Shown here piece after piece: positions 1 to 12,138 of a DNA stretch of 64,000 nucleotides. The position numbers and the translations under genes were made by a program. Origin of the DNA: Octopus vulgaris (Eukaryota); contig OX597816.1 of assembly GCA_951406725.2 (NCBI GenBank), positions 136,586,001 to 136,650,000 of the forward strand. Direction: 5' to 3'. How positions within the stretch are numbered: position 1 is the first letter of the stretch; each line of letters starts with the position of its first letter. The notes under the pieces were generated by a model. The model worked only from the letters and a program-made list of their open reading frames with translations, made no database searches and was not told the origin of the DNA.

Positions 1-84
1 CTAAGTTGTGTATCAAAGGTTAAAGAGTAAAGTAGGGTATCATATCCCATAGGGTCATTATTGTTCTATGTAAGTGTAAAGGGC

Positions 85-395
85 TGCAAAATTTTTACTC
101 TGAACCATTTTTTACTTATGGACCCCTTGGTTACTATTTTATTCAGGTGGACCCCTATAGCTACTCAGTGTGTAAAAGTTAGTTTTATAGATACTTATTA
201 AAAATTCCTATTTTGTTTTATATATGTTTGCAATAACACTTATTGAGGGAACATGGAAAACATTACAGAAAGAAACCTGTTTCTTGCAATAAATATGTCT
301 AAAGCCAAAATGTTTTCCTGGACACTTAAAATACTACTTTGGATGCCGAATTTACTATTTTGCTTGTGTGGACCCCAGTTAAGTACCGCCACTCT
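85..395 (-). mobile_element. Degraded hAT-type MITE (same family as 28337-28578 and 40790-41160)
   Basis: Reverse complement of the ggggtccatagg..aaaatggttgagaacc end and of internal sequence seen in the 40790 copy. Confidence 0.6.
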
Positions 396-1174
396 AGATG
401 TCCACAATTAAGAATTACCACATGCCACACATTAAAGAATTCTTTTGTTTCATTATCAATACCAAGCATTAATTGCCTTCACTAGTTAACACTTAGTTCC
501 TTTTATTTAGATAAATTACATTGAAGGCATGAATAGCAACAATGTGGAGAAATTCTTATGACTGGAATTTAAATAGTAGTTAATGTTAGGTATTGTTAAA
601 GAAATAGAGGGAGGAGTTGGGAGATGCAGTGTGGTGGTATGGACTTGTAATGAAAAAGGATTCTGTAGAATTAATTAGCTTATTATTGTTTGCAGGCAAT
701 AAATGTAAGGTTTGCCACAAGTATTTCGAGGAAAATAAAAATAAGTAGTTTCATTTTTTTCTGGGACCAGCAGAAGAATTGGATAGCTTCGGGACAGTTG
801 TTGATACTTATCCTGCGGGCTTTCCATCTATAACCCTTCATGTGTTTTTCTTCTATCCAAAGAGCTCAGGATCACATTAGCCAACATTCATTTTAAGACA
901 GCAGGGAGTGGATTTTAGGAAGATTTGGCTGCTTCTTTTAGCAGATTTACTGTTAAGTCAATGCTCTCTCATTAGTTTGAAATTTGTGAGGGGCTGTGGA
1001 TTCCCACCCCCACCCCCTCATTTGTTGGGCACTGGACTACATAGGCCATCTGAGCCCAGTGAGATTGATGCTGTTATATCAAACATTTACAAGGAGATTA
1101 TGAAAGACCAACATTCTGGGAAGTGATGAGTGAACATGGTGGTTAGTATGGAACCATTTTGTAGAAATTGTAGG

Positions 1175-1838
1175 TGCTGACATAGCTGTGTGCTAAGAAG
1201 TTTGCTTTTGCTCCCTAACCACATGGTTTCGGGTTCAGTCCCACTGCATGGCACCCTTGGTAAGTGTCTTCTACTGTAGCCACGAGCCAACCAAAGCCTT
1301 GTGAGTGGATTTAGTAGACAGAAACTATAAAAAACATGTGGTACATATATTTATATGTGTGTGTTTGTGTACCACGCATGCACACACATACAGAGTCTGC
1401 CCAAAAAATGTATTCACACTTCAGGAAAGGAAAAATCTCTATAAATATTTTAATTCAGTATTATTGCAATTTACTCAGTGTGAAAGAGGCATCTATATTT
1501 ATAGAGGCACTTATACTAGTCAAATATTTATACAGATTTTTCCTTTCCTGAAATCTGTATACATTTTTGGGGAAGTCTTTGTAGTGTGTGTATGTGTGTG
1601 TGCATGTGCTAGTGTCTCCCTACCTCGGCATCACATGGTAGTTGTAAATCAGTGTCAACATCATGTCCTTTGTTTTCAGTCTTCCATGAAAACGTATCAG
1701 CCCAGGGGTGAAATATTTATCTTACTTGGGAGACCAGTGAGGGTTGATGACAGAAAAGGCATCCAGCCGCAAAAATCTGTCTCAACAAATTCTATCCATT
1801 CCATGTAAGCATAGCAAAGTAGATGTTAAAACAACAAC
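1175..1838 (+). mobile_element. tRNA-derived CORE-like SINE with RTE-type 3' tail
   Basis: Head tgtgtgctaagaagtttgct...gggttcagtccc, core ccttggtaagtgtcttct, (GT)n middle, tail ggcatccagccg...catagcaaagtagatgttaaa(aac)n; interrupted by a MITE. Confidence 0.75.
1391..1581. mobile_element. Tc1/mariner-type MITE
   Basis: Flanking TA on both sides; ~40-bp imperfect TIRs cagagtctgcccaaaaaatgtattcacacttcaggaaagg / cctttcctgaaatctgtatacatttttggggaagtctttg. Confidence 0.8.
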
Positions 1839-2914
1839 AGAAGGCAGGAGAGAGGGGTGGAAGAGGCAGGATTGTCATCATATTTATGTTCTTTCTAATT
1901 ACCAAAAGTTTCTTTGCACATTTGAAGTGATTACATAGCAGAAGATTGATATGCCTGCATAATTTCCTCACTAAATTCTGTACCACCATCAATGCCATCC
2001 CATTCAATCAACATTTCCTGATTTTCGTAAAATGTCTGTTTTGTTTTGCTGTGGAAACACAAGCACCAACGATTTCATTCCTCACCTACAGTCAGCTTTA
2101 TGATATAGTTGTTTTCATGTTGTCTCCCACAAGTATTTAATTAACGTCGTTAATGATTTGCCTTTAATCATCTTTTTGTTACAGCGACTTTCATCTATTC
2201 TGCTGGCACTTTGTTTTTCATCATTTTTGTTGTATAAATTTGTTTAAATTTTCTGTGCGTGTGTGTATGTATAATATATATATATATGTGTGTGTGTGTG
2301 TATGTATATATAATGTCTGTATTTGTGTATCAGAGTGTATACATGAATTTATGCATTTTCTATTTGTTCGTTGTATTTTCATATCTAGAATTTATATATG
2401 AATCATTATGTGTGTGTGTGTCTTTTACATGTATGTTGTTATGTGCATAATTATGCATATGTTTGTCCCCTTTAACTTCGAAGTTAAATTTCATGGTTAT
2501 TCTAGTAATGATGTATCTGCCAAAAAATAGAATTGATATTTTCTGCAAGTTAAGTTGACTCAATAAGCTTGACTTATCTCAACAAAAAGTAGTTTAACAC
2601 ATGACATTCGTCAACAAAAGACAGATTGGTTTCCGCAATGCAATGTAATGAAATTTTAAGTATATGTATGTGGTTGGATGGTTTTAGAAGTTCACTTTGC
2701 TGTCATGAGATCCCAGGTTCATTCCTACCAAGGAGCATCTTGAACAAGTGTCTTTTTTCTATAACTGTAGGTTGGCACAAACCTTGTTGGTGAAATTGTG
2801 CATTCGAAAAATCTCGAGGAAACCCAATGAACTAACTGTATTTGTGAACCAAAGGGCCAACCTTGTTACAAACTATCATGTGAGTTCTGTGTGAGAATTA
2901 CATTAAGGTGCAAA

Positions 2915-3420
2915 ATAGGTGCTGGTATGTCTGTGTCATTAAGAAGCTTGCTTTCCATCCACATGGTTTCAGGTTGTCTCCCACTGAACAGCACCTTGGT
3001 CAAGTTTCTTCTATAGGTACAGGCATGGCTGAGTGGTAAGAAGCTTGCTTCCCAACCACATAGTTCTGGGTTCAGTCCCACAGCATGGCACCTCAGGCTC
3101 AGCAAAGCCTTGTGAGAAAATTTAGTAGGAAGAAACTGAAAGAAGACTATCGTGTGTGTGTATGTGTCTTTGCGTCTCTGTTTGTCCCTTACTACACCAC
3201 TTGACAACTGGTGTTGGTGTGTTTATGTCCCCGTAACTTAGTGGGTCGGCAAAACAGACCAATAGAATAAGTAGTAGGCTTTAAAAAAAGAAGTACTGGG
3301 GTTCATTCGACTAAAAATTCCTCAAGCTGGTGCCCCAGTATGGCATCAGCCAACCAGTGCTTTGTGAGTGAATTTGGTAGACAGAAATTATGTCGAAATG
3401 CATTGTGTGTGTGTGTGTGT
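2915..3420 (+). mobile_element. Tandem/nested copies of the CORE-like tRNA SINE
   Basis: Two heads (aagaagcttgcttt/cc..ccacat..ttc.gg), one near full-length body and a further partial copy. Confidence 0.75.
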
Positions 3421-3540
3421 GTGGAATATTCAACCACTTACATGCTAATTCAATGAGTGTATATTCTACCTGATCGATCAGCTGAGATACACATTAAAAC
3501 TGGCAAAGATCCATTTACTCATATATATATATATATATAT

Positions 3541-3776
3541 AAAGCACCATCCGTTCGTGGCCGTTTGCCAGCTCTGTCTGGCACCTGTGCGGGTGGCACG
3601 TAAAAAGCACCCACTACACTCACGGAGTGGTTGGCGTTAGGAAGGGCATCCAGCCGTAGAAACACTGCCAGATCTGACTGGGCCTGATGAAGCCTTCCAG
3701 CTTCACAGACCCCAGTTGAACCGTCCAACCCATGCTAGCATGGAGAACAGACGCTAAATGATGATGATGATGATGC
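3541..3776 (+). mobile_element. 5'-truncated RTE LINE 3' end with (GAT)n tail
   Basis: gtggcacgtaaaaagcaccc...ggttggcgttaggaagggcatccagc...aacccatgctagcatgg...(gat)n. The same sequence follows RTE coding sequence at 62070-62610. Confidence 0.8.
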
Positions 3777-3779
3777 ATA

Positions 3780-4480
3780 CCTCACCCTATGTTGTTAATT
3801 GGTTCCAGGAGACACGACTTGATTCGAATTAAATTGTCTCTGGGCTAGGCTAGGCAAAATTTACTTGTCTCTAGGTTAAACCGATAACAACCATTCCCAG
3901 TTCTGTACTTTATTTATGAATGCATTTTCAATAATACATGGTTAATAAAAACCTATCTTAAGCTTACAAACAAATAATTTTTATCTTTTAATACAGTATA
4001 GTAAAAAAAAAAAAGTAATCTAAATTTACGAATACAATTTGGCAGTATTTACTGTACATCATGAAAGCTTTATTTATGAATGTGCTTTGCAAAGACATGG
4101 TAAAATAAAATCCTTTTTTTAAGCTTAAAAAACAAATTCAGTAATTATTATTATTTCGCAATAGTAAAACAAACTAAATTATTTTAAATTTACCAATATT
4201 TACATACAATTTGGTGATTTCATTCACTAAGCTACACTACTTTATGGTGTGTATCTTAACATTTACTGTACGTATTTTAATATGATTTTATATGCTTTTA
4301 TTCTTATCTATTGTACAGTAACATGATTTTATGTGGTTTTAACGGTTTTCTAGTGATTTAACGATTTCAATATTTGTGGCAGACAGACGTAAAGTCGAGT
4401 AAAATGACTTGACTTGATTTTTATTTTCCCATATATTATTTTTGAAAATTGACATATAATCGAGAATGACTTAAGCCTGT
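3780..4480. mobile_element. Probable degraded non-autonomous DNA transposon with an internal ~160-bp direct repeat
   Basis: Segment tttatttatgaatg...catggt...taagctta.aaacaaat is repeated at ~3909 and ~4068; right end cctg|ta. Confidence 0.35.
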
Positions 4481-4643
4481 ATATATGTGTGTGTGTATGT
4501 ATATATACGTATGTATGAATGTTTGTGTATATATGTTTATATATGTATATGTTCGTATGTGTGTGTGTGTATAAATAGGTTTGGTGATGCAAATAGGAAA
4601 ATAGAATGTGTGGGTGGTGTATGTGTGTGTATGTGTGTATGTA

Positions 4644-4679
<36 letters not shown>

Positions 4680-4680
<1 letters not shown>

Positions 4681-4964
4681 CATCATCATCATCATCATCG
4701 TTTAACGTCCGTTCTCCATGCTAGCATGGGTTGGATGGTTCGACCGGAGATCTGGGAAGCCAGAAGGCTGCACCAGGCTCCAGTCTTATCTGGCAATGTT
4801 TCTACAGCTGGATGCCCTTCCTAACGCCAACCACTCCGTGAGTGTAGTGGGTGCTTTTTACGTGCCACCTGCACAGGTGCTAGGCAAGGCTGGCAACGGC
4901 CACGGTCGGATTGGTGTCTTTTATGTGCCACCGGCACGGAAGCCAGTCGAGGCGGCGCTGGCAT
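4680..4964 (-). mobile_element. RTE LINE 3' end, CpG-rich young copy
   Basis: (cat)n followed by gtttaacgtccgttctccatgctagcatgggttgg...; embedded in (TA)n. Confidence 0.8.
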
Positions 4965-5037
4965 CATATATATATATATATATATTTTATAAAGTTCTTT
5001 ATAAAATTATTTTAGCATTTTCTATTTTGACTTGTTT

Positions 5038-5091
<54 letters not shown>

Positions 5092-5833
5092 TGTGTATGT
5101 GTGTAATTAGTATTCATTACATGCTTCAGAACATGATAATGTGTCCTTAATCTTAACTAAGCTATGGTGTTGTGTAATGGTTTATTTCACTCCTGAATCT
5201 TTCTGGTGGTTGCTCCCCCCCTCGCTCTCTCTCTCACACACACACTCATGCACATACAGTAAACAACTTAGCTTCATCGGTAGTTATTACCATGTGACCA
5301 CCAATACCATTACTGCCATTGATACCAATACTACCACCATCACAAACACTATCATTAAAGTACCCCTAATATGAATACTACCATCGCCTCCACTACCAGT
5401 ATCACCCTCCCACTAATACCACCACGAACAACACCACTAATGTGACCACTACATATTCCACCTTATCACCAATATTACCATAACCACCACCACCACCACC
5501 ATTTGTCATATCTCTGCCTTAATATGTAAATAGTTCCACTAAATATCTAAGTTACTGATCAGTTATCTGTTGTGGAAAGAATTCTTCTTGTCTTTTAGAA
5601 TCACTGACCTTCTTTTGGGACAAATATTTTAGATACTTAAGTCAATGACCTGTTAACTTTACTAGATATACTCCTTTATTATTATTGTCTCAGTAGGTTG
5701 ATGTACAAATGGAGTGGATAACATATTAGACTAGCTGTAGATGGCTCTTGGGTTCAAATCGGCCACTATCTTACTATTGCGTTTATGACTTGATCACCTA
5801 GTCATCAGTAGAGCTATATATATATATATATAT

Positions 5834-6032
5834 GTGACCGCGTGTGTATCGTTGGCGATTTTTTTCCTCCGTCTTCCCTTCCTTGGATCTTTCCTTTTCC
5901 TATGTTTCTGACAAAGAGCTCCGCTCGAAATGTTAAATCCTCCTTCTTTCCTTTCCTGAGTGTCCAATATCACTATATTTGTTCCACGTCCTCGCGTTGT
6001 TGTGTTTTCTCTTTGTGTTTTCATGTTTGGAT

Positions 6033-6035
<3 letters not shown>
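5834..6035 (+). mobile_element. Probable Penelope-like pseudo-LTR fragment with a hammerhead-like motif
   Basis: CpG-containing pyrimidine-rich ~200-bp unit between (TA)n tracts; contains ttCTGACAAagagctccgctcGAAAtgttaa at 5906-5936. Confidence 0.55.
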
Positions 6036-6063
<28 letters not shown>

Positions 6064-6282
6064 CTACCTGATCAATCTTGTTAAGATTCATACTTAAGAG
6101 TTCTCTGACTGTCTCGGTCCACCAAGGTGTCAGATCAGTATGGCTTATCATCAGATGGTAGTCTACCTGGATGTCAATGTGAACAGGTGTTCTGGTTCAG
6201 AGCTCACTAATTGTCTCATTTCACCTTACTGTTGAATCCCGACTCTGGTGGGTGTTGTGATTTCAGATGTGGTGGCACCAGC

Positions 6283-6309
6283 AGTGGTGGAGTAGTAGTA
6301 GTATTGGTG

Positions 6310-6369
<60 letters not shown>

Positions 6370-6370
6370 A
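6283..6370. repeat. (GGT)n/(AGT)n microsatellite
   Basis: Seen directly. Confidence 0.95.
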
Positions 6371-7129
6371 TATGAAACTCAGAGTATCCACTCTCGGGTA
6401 GACATCTTGATAAAAATGTATAACGACTTTCCATTTGTGAAATAAGTTTAGATAGATAGATATACATACATACATGTACACATATGACAGTGAAACTTGT
6501 TTGTCTTTTAAGATATGTAACACAATGAGGGGTGACCTAAGAAGAGAGAGGGTAGAACAAATGAACTTGAGTTGAGATTGAATAAATCTACCTGTTTCAG
6601 AAAAACAATAAATTATATAAAATTGAAGAGTCTGTCCAGCTGTCACCTTCATGTTATTTAATTAATATTGCATTATAGTTTTTTTTAATTTATCTATCAA
6701 CCTTTCTTTCAAGGCATATTATATCATGTAGTTTATTGTATTCCTTTGTCCTTGAAGTTCTGTTGTGTGTGTGTGTGTGTGTTCTCATATTCATTAACTT
6801 ATACTTCTGCTTTGTATCTAACAATGTTATCTAGGTTTTTAAATCATATTAAAATAAGCAGGGGTTATTATGAGCTTTCTAATAATGATAAATCAATAAT
6901 ACAACCCAAACAAAACAACCCACTAACACAAGACACACTCTATATAGCAAATATCCAATAAAATAAACAACCACCAATAGGCCACAGTACTCTGTGCAAA
7001 ACCAAAAACATGGTACCCTAGTCATAATACTGACTCGAACTTCTAACTTGTCTCTTGAAGTTTTGGAATCAACTTGTACTCTAATACAAGGCAAAGGTCA
7101 AACATAATAATACAAAATAATGATAATAA

Positions 7130-7320
7130 TAATGGTTTCAAATTTCAACCCAATGTCATCAGTTTTTTAAGGAAGCTGGGGGGGGGGTTATATTGACCCT
7201 AGATCACAACTGGTACTTATTTCATTGATTCCAAAAGGATGAAAGGCAAAGTTGACCTTGTAGGACTTTGAACTCAGTAAAAAAAATGAAATACTGCTAA
7301 GCATTTTGTTCACATGCTAA
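7130..7320 (-). mobile_element. Nin/Deu-domain tRNA SINE, degraded
   Basis: ctggtacttattt...aaaggatgaaaggcaaagttgacc. Confidence 0.7.
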
Positions 7321-8592
7321 ATAATAATATCGATAATAAGCCTGCATGTTAAATAATATAATATTAATAATAATAATTTCCAGCATAATTACTACACAGT
7401 ACATATGAATATTCTACCTTTGTCTTAATGGTATTCTCTGCCAAACTGCTTGTCCTTGGTGTTTTAACAAACCATTAGATGTCAGTGTGTTCTTAGTAAA
7501 AACACAGATAATATCATAAAGAATGACTGTGTCATATTGCTTTTGGCAAACTATTGATTGTATTTTCACTCTTTTTCTCTTCTCTTAATTTTGTTAATCA
7601 TTCCCCACTTCTTTTGCTTTTCCATCACCACCACACAACCACCGCCATTTAATCATCACCACCAAACCATCTTAACACCAAACCAACCCTTGTTCTTTTT
7701 CCACCTCATATTATTTGTGAATCATTAGTTAATCTATGCGTCATTGCTCCTATTGTATTTCGGTGAGGAGGTTGTTTTTTTCTGATTTTTACCATGGAAT
7801 ATCATACTTTTTTTTCTTCTTTACTATATTTTCTATTAATATTTTCCACAGCAAAAATAGGATTTTATACAAATGTACTTCGTATTCCATTGAATTATAT
7901 TGCAATTATGTGGTTCCTATGCTGCTTAATTATTTGGCTCTTTGATTAATCAATAATTTGCTTAATGATTAATTATTTGTTGTTTTTTTTCCTCCTCTTT
8001 TAATATTTCCATGTTGTTAATTAGCCTTTCTGTTGTTCAGAATATTTGTTAATATTCAGCATTGTTCATGTATTTATGTCATACATATTGCAGGAATTAA
8101 CAATATTTATCTAGCTGGTTTAGCTTACTGCTTCTTTACATTCTCTCTCAGTCTCCATTTCTCTGTGTATATGTCTTCATGGTAGGTGGCATTTCTTCTG
8201 ACTCTCTACATTCCACCATGTTCAACTTTGCATTTCATCCTTTTAATGGTCAACAAATTAAGTACCAGTCAAGTACTGAGGTTGATGTAATCAATCTCCT
8301 CCTTTCAAAATTGCTGGCCTTGTTCCAAAATCAGAAAGAATTATTATTATTCTTTTTAACTCCTGAAGTTTTGCATGTATAATGGGTTTGCCATCTGTTC
8401 TTTTCAACTATCTAATACTTTCCTGATTATGCAACTTCTTACCACCCAACCACTCCTGTGCCATTTTTTCATACTTTCTAAGGGTAAGCAAATAAGAAAC
8501 AATAGTTGCTAGCCAAGGACCAAAATCGCATTACACAGTGCCATCAATCTGGTGCGCACATCAGATTGATTGCATTCTCTCCAGAAATCAGG

Positions 8593-9183
8593 ATACCCAA
8601 AGCACACAGAGCTGTGCTCGGTAGTGAAATGAAAGCATGTTATAAAAATAAACCTACTGAATAATAATAATAAGAAGAAGAAATTTTGGGGGAGAGGGTA
8701 AGTTGGTTACATTGACCCCAGTATTCAACTGGTACTTATTTTTATCTACACTGAAAGGATGAAAGGCAAAGTTGACCTCTGAATGTGAAGATGGATGAAA
8801 TGCCATTAAGCATTTTGCCCAGCATGCTAATGATTCTGCCTTGTAACAGTTCTACTGGGCACTTTATTCTGATTTCCTTTATATTCATCTTGATGCCTTC
8901 TGATACTGTCCTCAAGGACCCAAGAATAATTGGTGCTATTATTATTATTTTTTTTTTTTAAGGTAGTGACCTGGCAGAATCATTAGCATGCTGGGCAAAA
9001 TGCTTAACGGCATTTCATCCATCTTTACATTCAGAGGTCAACTTTGCCTTTCATCCTTTCAGGGTAGATAAAAATAAGTACCCTCTCCCCCAAAATTTCT
9101 TGTTATTATTATTATTCAGTAGGTTTATTTTTATAACATGCTTTTACTTCACTACCGAGCACAGCTCTGTGTGCCTTGGGTAT
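8593..9183. repeat. Local inverted duplication (arms ~8593-8840 and ~8973-9183) of a Dong 3' end fused to a Nin-SINE
   Basis: The arms are reverse complements and share both the LINE/SINE junction and a private SINE deletion (gacctctgaatg). Confidence 0.9.
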
Positions 9184-10424
9184 GTGCTGTGATGCTCTTA
9201 TTTTTACTGTATTGAAAGTGTTTTGCATAGGATGTGTGCAGTGCCCAGTAGTGCAATTTTCTGTATGTATTGTATATAGTTCTAAGTCTTGGTGTTTTTG
9301 TTATATTCTTTTACTTGTTTCAGTCATTTGACTGAATATTTGTTTGAATATTTTTTTTATTATACCTAATGCACCTACTGTGATAGGAATTGTTTCTGTT
9401 TTTAGATTCCACATTCGAGTTACCTCTATCTCCAGGTCTTTGTATTTTGAAAGTTTCTTCATTTCTTTTAGAGAAATGTTGTCATCTGTTGGTATTGATA
9501 CATCAATTAGAAAGCATTCTTTTTTCTTCATGATCTCTGACAATTATATCTGGCCTATTGGCCTTAATTTCTCTATCAGTGTGTACTGGCATATCCCATA
9601 GTATGGTTGCTTTCTTGTTTTCTGTGACCTTTTCTGGTGTGTGCTTATACCATCTTTTTTCTGTTGTTGTTCCATAGTGTTAGCATAGCTTCCAGTGTAT
9701 GTAGTTCCCAACTCTGTCATGTCTGTGAATATATTCCTTCTTAGCCAGGACTGGGCATCCAGAGATGATAAGATTTATTGTTTCTTCTCCATCTCCACAT
9801 ATTCTTTTCATTATATGATTTTGGTAATTTCTGGTGGGGAAGCTTTGGTCTTGCGCTGCAATTTAAAATCCCTCTGTCTCTGCTTTGAGTCCTGAGCTTC
9901 TCAACCATTGCTGGGATTTTTCTCTGTCTATTTCTTTTGCATTTAGTTTAGCCCAGTATTTGCCATGAAGGGGTTTTTCTTGCCATTGTTTTATCACGGT
10001 CCATTGCTGTTCTAGTTTTAGTTTGGATTTCATTTGTTTTATAGCTTTTGTTGTTTCTTCTTCTTCTTCATATTTGTCAGGTAGTATGACTTATTGTTTG
10101 TATTTGTCAGCTTCCTTAAATACTGGAAACAGTTTTTTTGTTTTGCTCCTGTTTTGTGGCTATTTGTATTAGTTTTCCTTGCTTCTGAAGTAGGTATTTT
10201 TTCAGTCCTATGGTGGTTATTTTGTAATAGTTTTCCAGCTGTATAAGGTCTCTACCACCTTCTAAACATTGTATATATATATAGCCTTTCTATGTCAGAT
10301 TTTGAGTGGTGCATCCTAAATCCTGTCATTTATTTTTCTTGTTTTCCTGTCTATTTTCGTTAGTTCATTTAGTGTCCAGTTAAGGATATTGTAGCTGTAA
10401 CTTATAACTGGGACGGCTAGAGTA
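9103..10424 (-). mobile_element. 5'-truncated Dong/R4-clade non-LTR retrotransposon (RT C-terminus, CCHC knuckle, restriction-like endonuclease); inactive
   Basis: Minus-strand translation gives GLKAETEGF*IAAQDQSFPTRNY, ETINLIISGCPVLAKKEYIHRHDRVG, ILWDMPVHTDREIKANRPDIIV, LIDVSIP...KLSKYKDLEIEVTRMW and IQKIALLGTAHILCKTLSIQ*. (TAA)n lies at both ends. Confidence 0.9.
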
Positions 10425-10427
10425 TTA

Positions 10428-10487
<60 letters not shown>

Positions 10488-10570
10488 CATTATTATTATT
10501 ATTATAATTATTATTATCATTATTATTATTATTACTATTATCATCATTATTATTATTATTATTATTATAA
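10425..10570. repeat. (TTA)n microsatellite, the likely Dong target site
   Basis: Seen directly; abuts the 5'-truncated end of the LINE. Confidence 0.95.
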
Positions 10571-10571
10571 G

Positions 10572-10688
10572 GCAATACTTATTACTTTTTGTAAACCTGG
10601 TACTTCCTCTATCAGGCTCTTTTACCAAACCATTAAGCCATGGGGACGTAGACAACAACACATAAGACATGGACATAGACACACACAC

Positions 10689-10755
<67 letters not shown>

Positions 10756-10898
10756 GGCTTTCCGTCTACCAAATCCACTCACAAAGCTTTGGTTGGCCCA
10801 AGACTGTAGTAGAAGATACTTGTCCATGATGCTTGTGGTAGGACTGAACCTGGAACCATGTGGATCAGAAGCAAGCTTCTTACCACACAGCCACACCT
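10572..10898 (-). mobile_element. CORE-like tRNA SINE with internal (TA)n
   Basis: ctaccaaatccactcacaaagctttggttggccc...agaagatacttg...gactgaacc...ttaccacacagccac. Confidence 0.75.
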
Positions 10899-10901
10899 CA
10901 T

Positions 10902-11174
10902 AATGGGAGATAGGGAAAAAATTGGGCAATCATTTATTCACCATTACTCATGTTTCATTTCCTAATAGGAGTTACAACATTGTACATGTAGGAGAAACAT
11001 TTAAGATATCTCCTTTTAAATTCTACAGACAGAGAATTTTCTGCCTAAAGAATTTCTAGTAGGAAGTATCTTACTATTTTTGTTATCCAGGTACAATTTT
11101 GTAACTCCTATTAGCAAATGAAACACATGTAATGGTGAATAAATGATACCTAAAATTTCTTCCAATCTCCTATT
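10902..11174. repeat. ~88-bp inverted repeat with ~95-bp spacer (MITE-like)
   Basis: atcatttattcaccattac.catgtttcattt.ctaataggagttacaa.attgtac versus its reverse complement at 11086-11174. Confidence 0.8.
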
Positions 11175-12138
11175 TTGATGTGTAATTTACTCTGCATACA
11201 ATTTTGGTGTACTGGAAGAAGCTGACATGCTTCAAGGGGACACTGCTTCGATCATAACCCTATCTACATACTACACACACACACACACGCACGCATACAC
11301 ACACATACACACACACAGATTAAAGTAAAAAATGAAAAAGCAAAACATTTGGCACCACTCAAAAAGAAACATTTAATTTAGATAGAAAATATAAACATAT
11401 AGAGTCTCTTACAGCTGTTTCTAGAACATCCAAGCATGTGGGTTTTGATATTGAGTAAGGATTCCATAACCTGAGTATTCCATCATCCAAGATGGAAAAA
11501 TCAGAGAGATATAAAAATAAAGAAATATCTCTAGTCAGTGATATTAGTATATTCCAGTTTGTCAAAAATGAAACGAGGATCAGAGTAAGACAGGTAAGCA
11601 TTATGCAGTTCAATGATCAAATAAATAAGTTACAAGTAAGGTCCATTAGCAGTTTCAGGCCAAGGTTTTAGTGGTAAACCAAACTGAGCACTCATAGTAC
11701 TTACCTATTACATTACATCAGTTGACAAAAACTCCTTGTATATTCTGTGTGTGTGTGTACGTGTTTTACTGCCTCCTTGCCTTGACATCATGTGATTGTT
11801 GTAAGCAAGCATCACCATTTCACAAGCAGTGTCCTTTATTTCCAATCTTCCATGGAAAACGTGTTTGGTCATAGAGAAATATTACCTTACTTGAAAACAA
11901 GTGAAGGTTGGTGACAGAATGGGCATCTGGCTGTAGAAAACCAGCCTCAAGAAATTCCTTCCAACCCATGCTGTCATGGAAAGGTGGATGTTAAAACAAT
12001 GACATATACAATGATACTCATGGCTAGATTTCATCATCATCATCATCATCAAATGTCTGCTTTCCTTGTTGGCATGGGTTACACAGTTAGAAACTGGTGA
12101 GCCAGAGAGCTGCACTAGACTCCAGTCTGATTCAGCGT

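Noticed and set aside
908-1126. 72-aa ORF as an upstream WAPL exon
   Set aside because: It starts within an old dispersed repeat (gatttggctgct...tagcag) and has no WAPL similarity.
4718-5089. Recurrent ORFs containing FLQLDALPNANH / GVRKGIQL as a protein family
   Set aside because: They are incidental translations of the RTE 3' UTR in both orientations.
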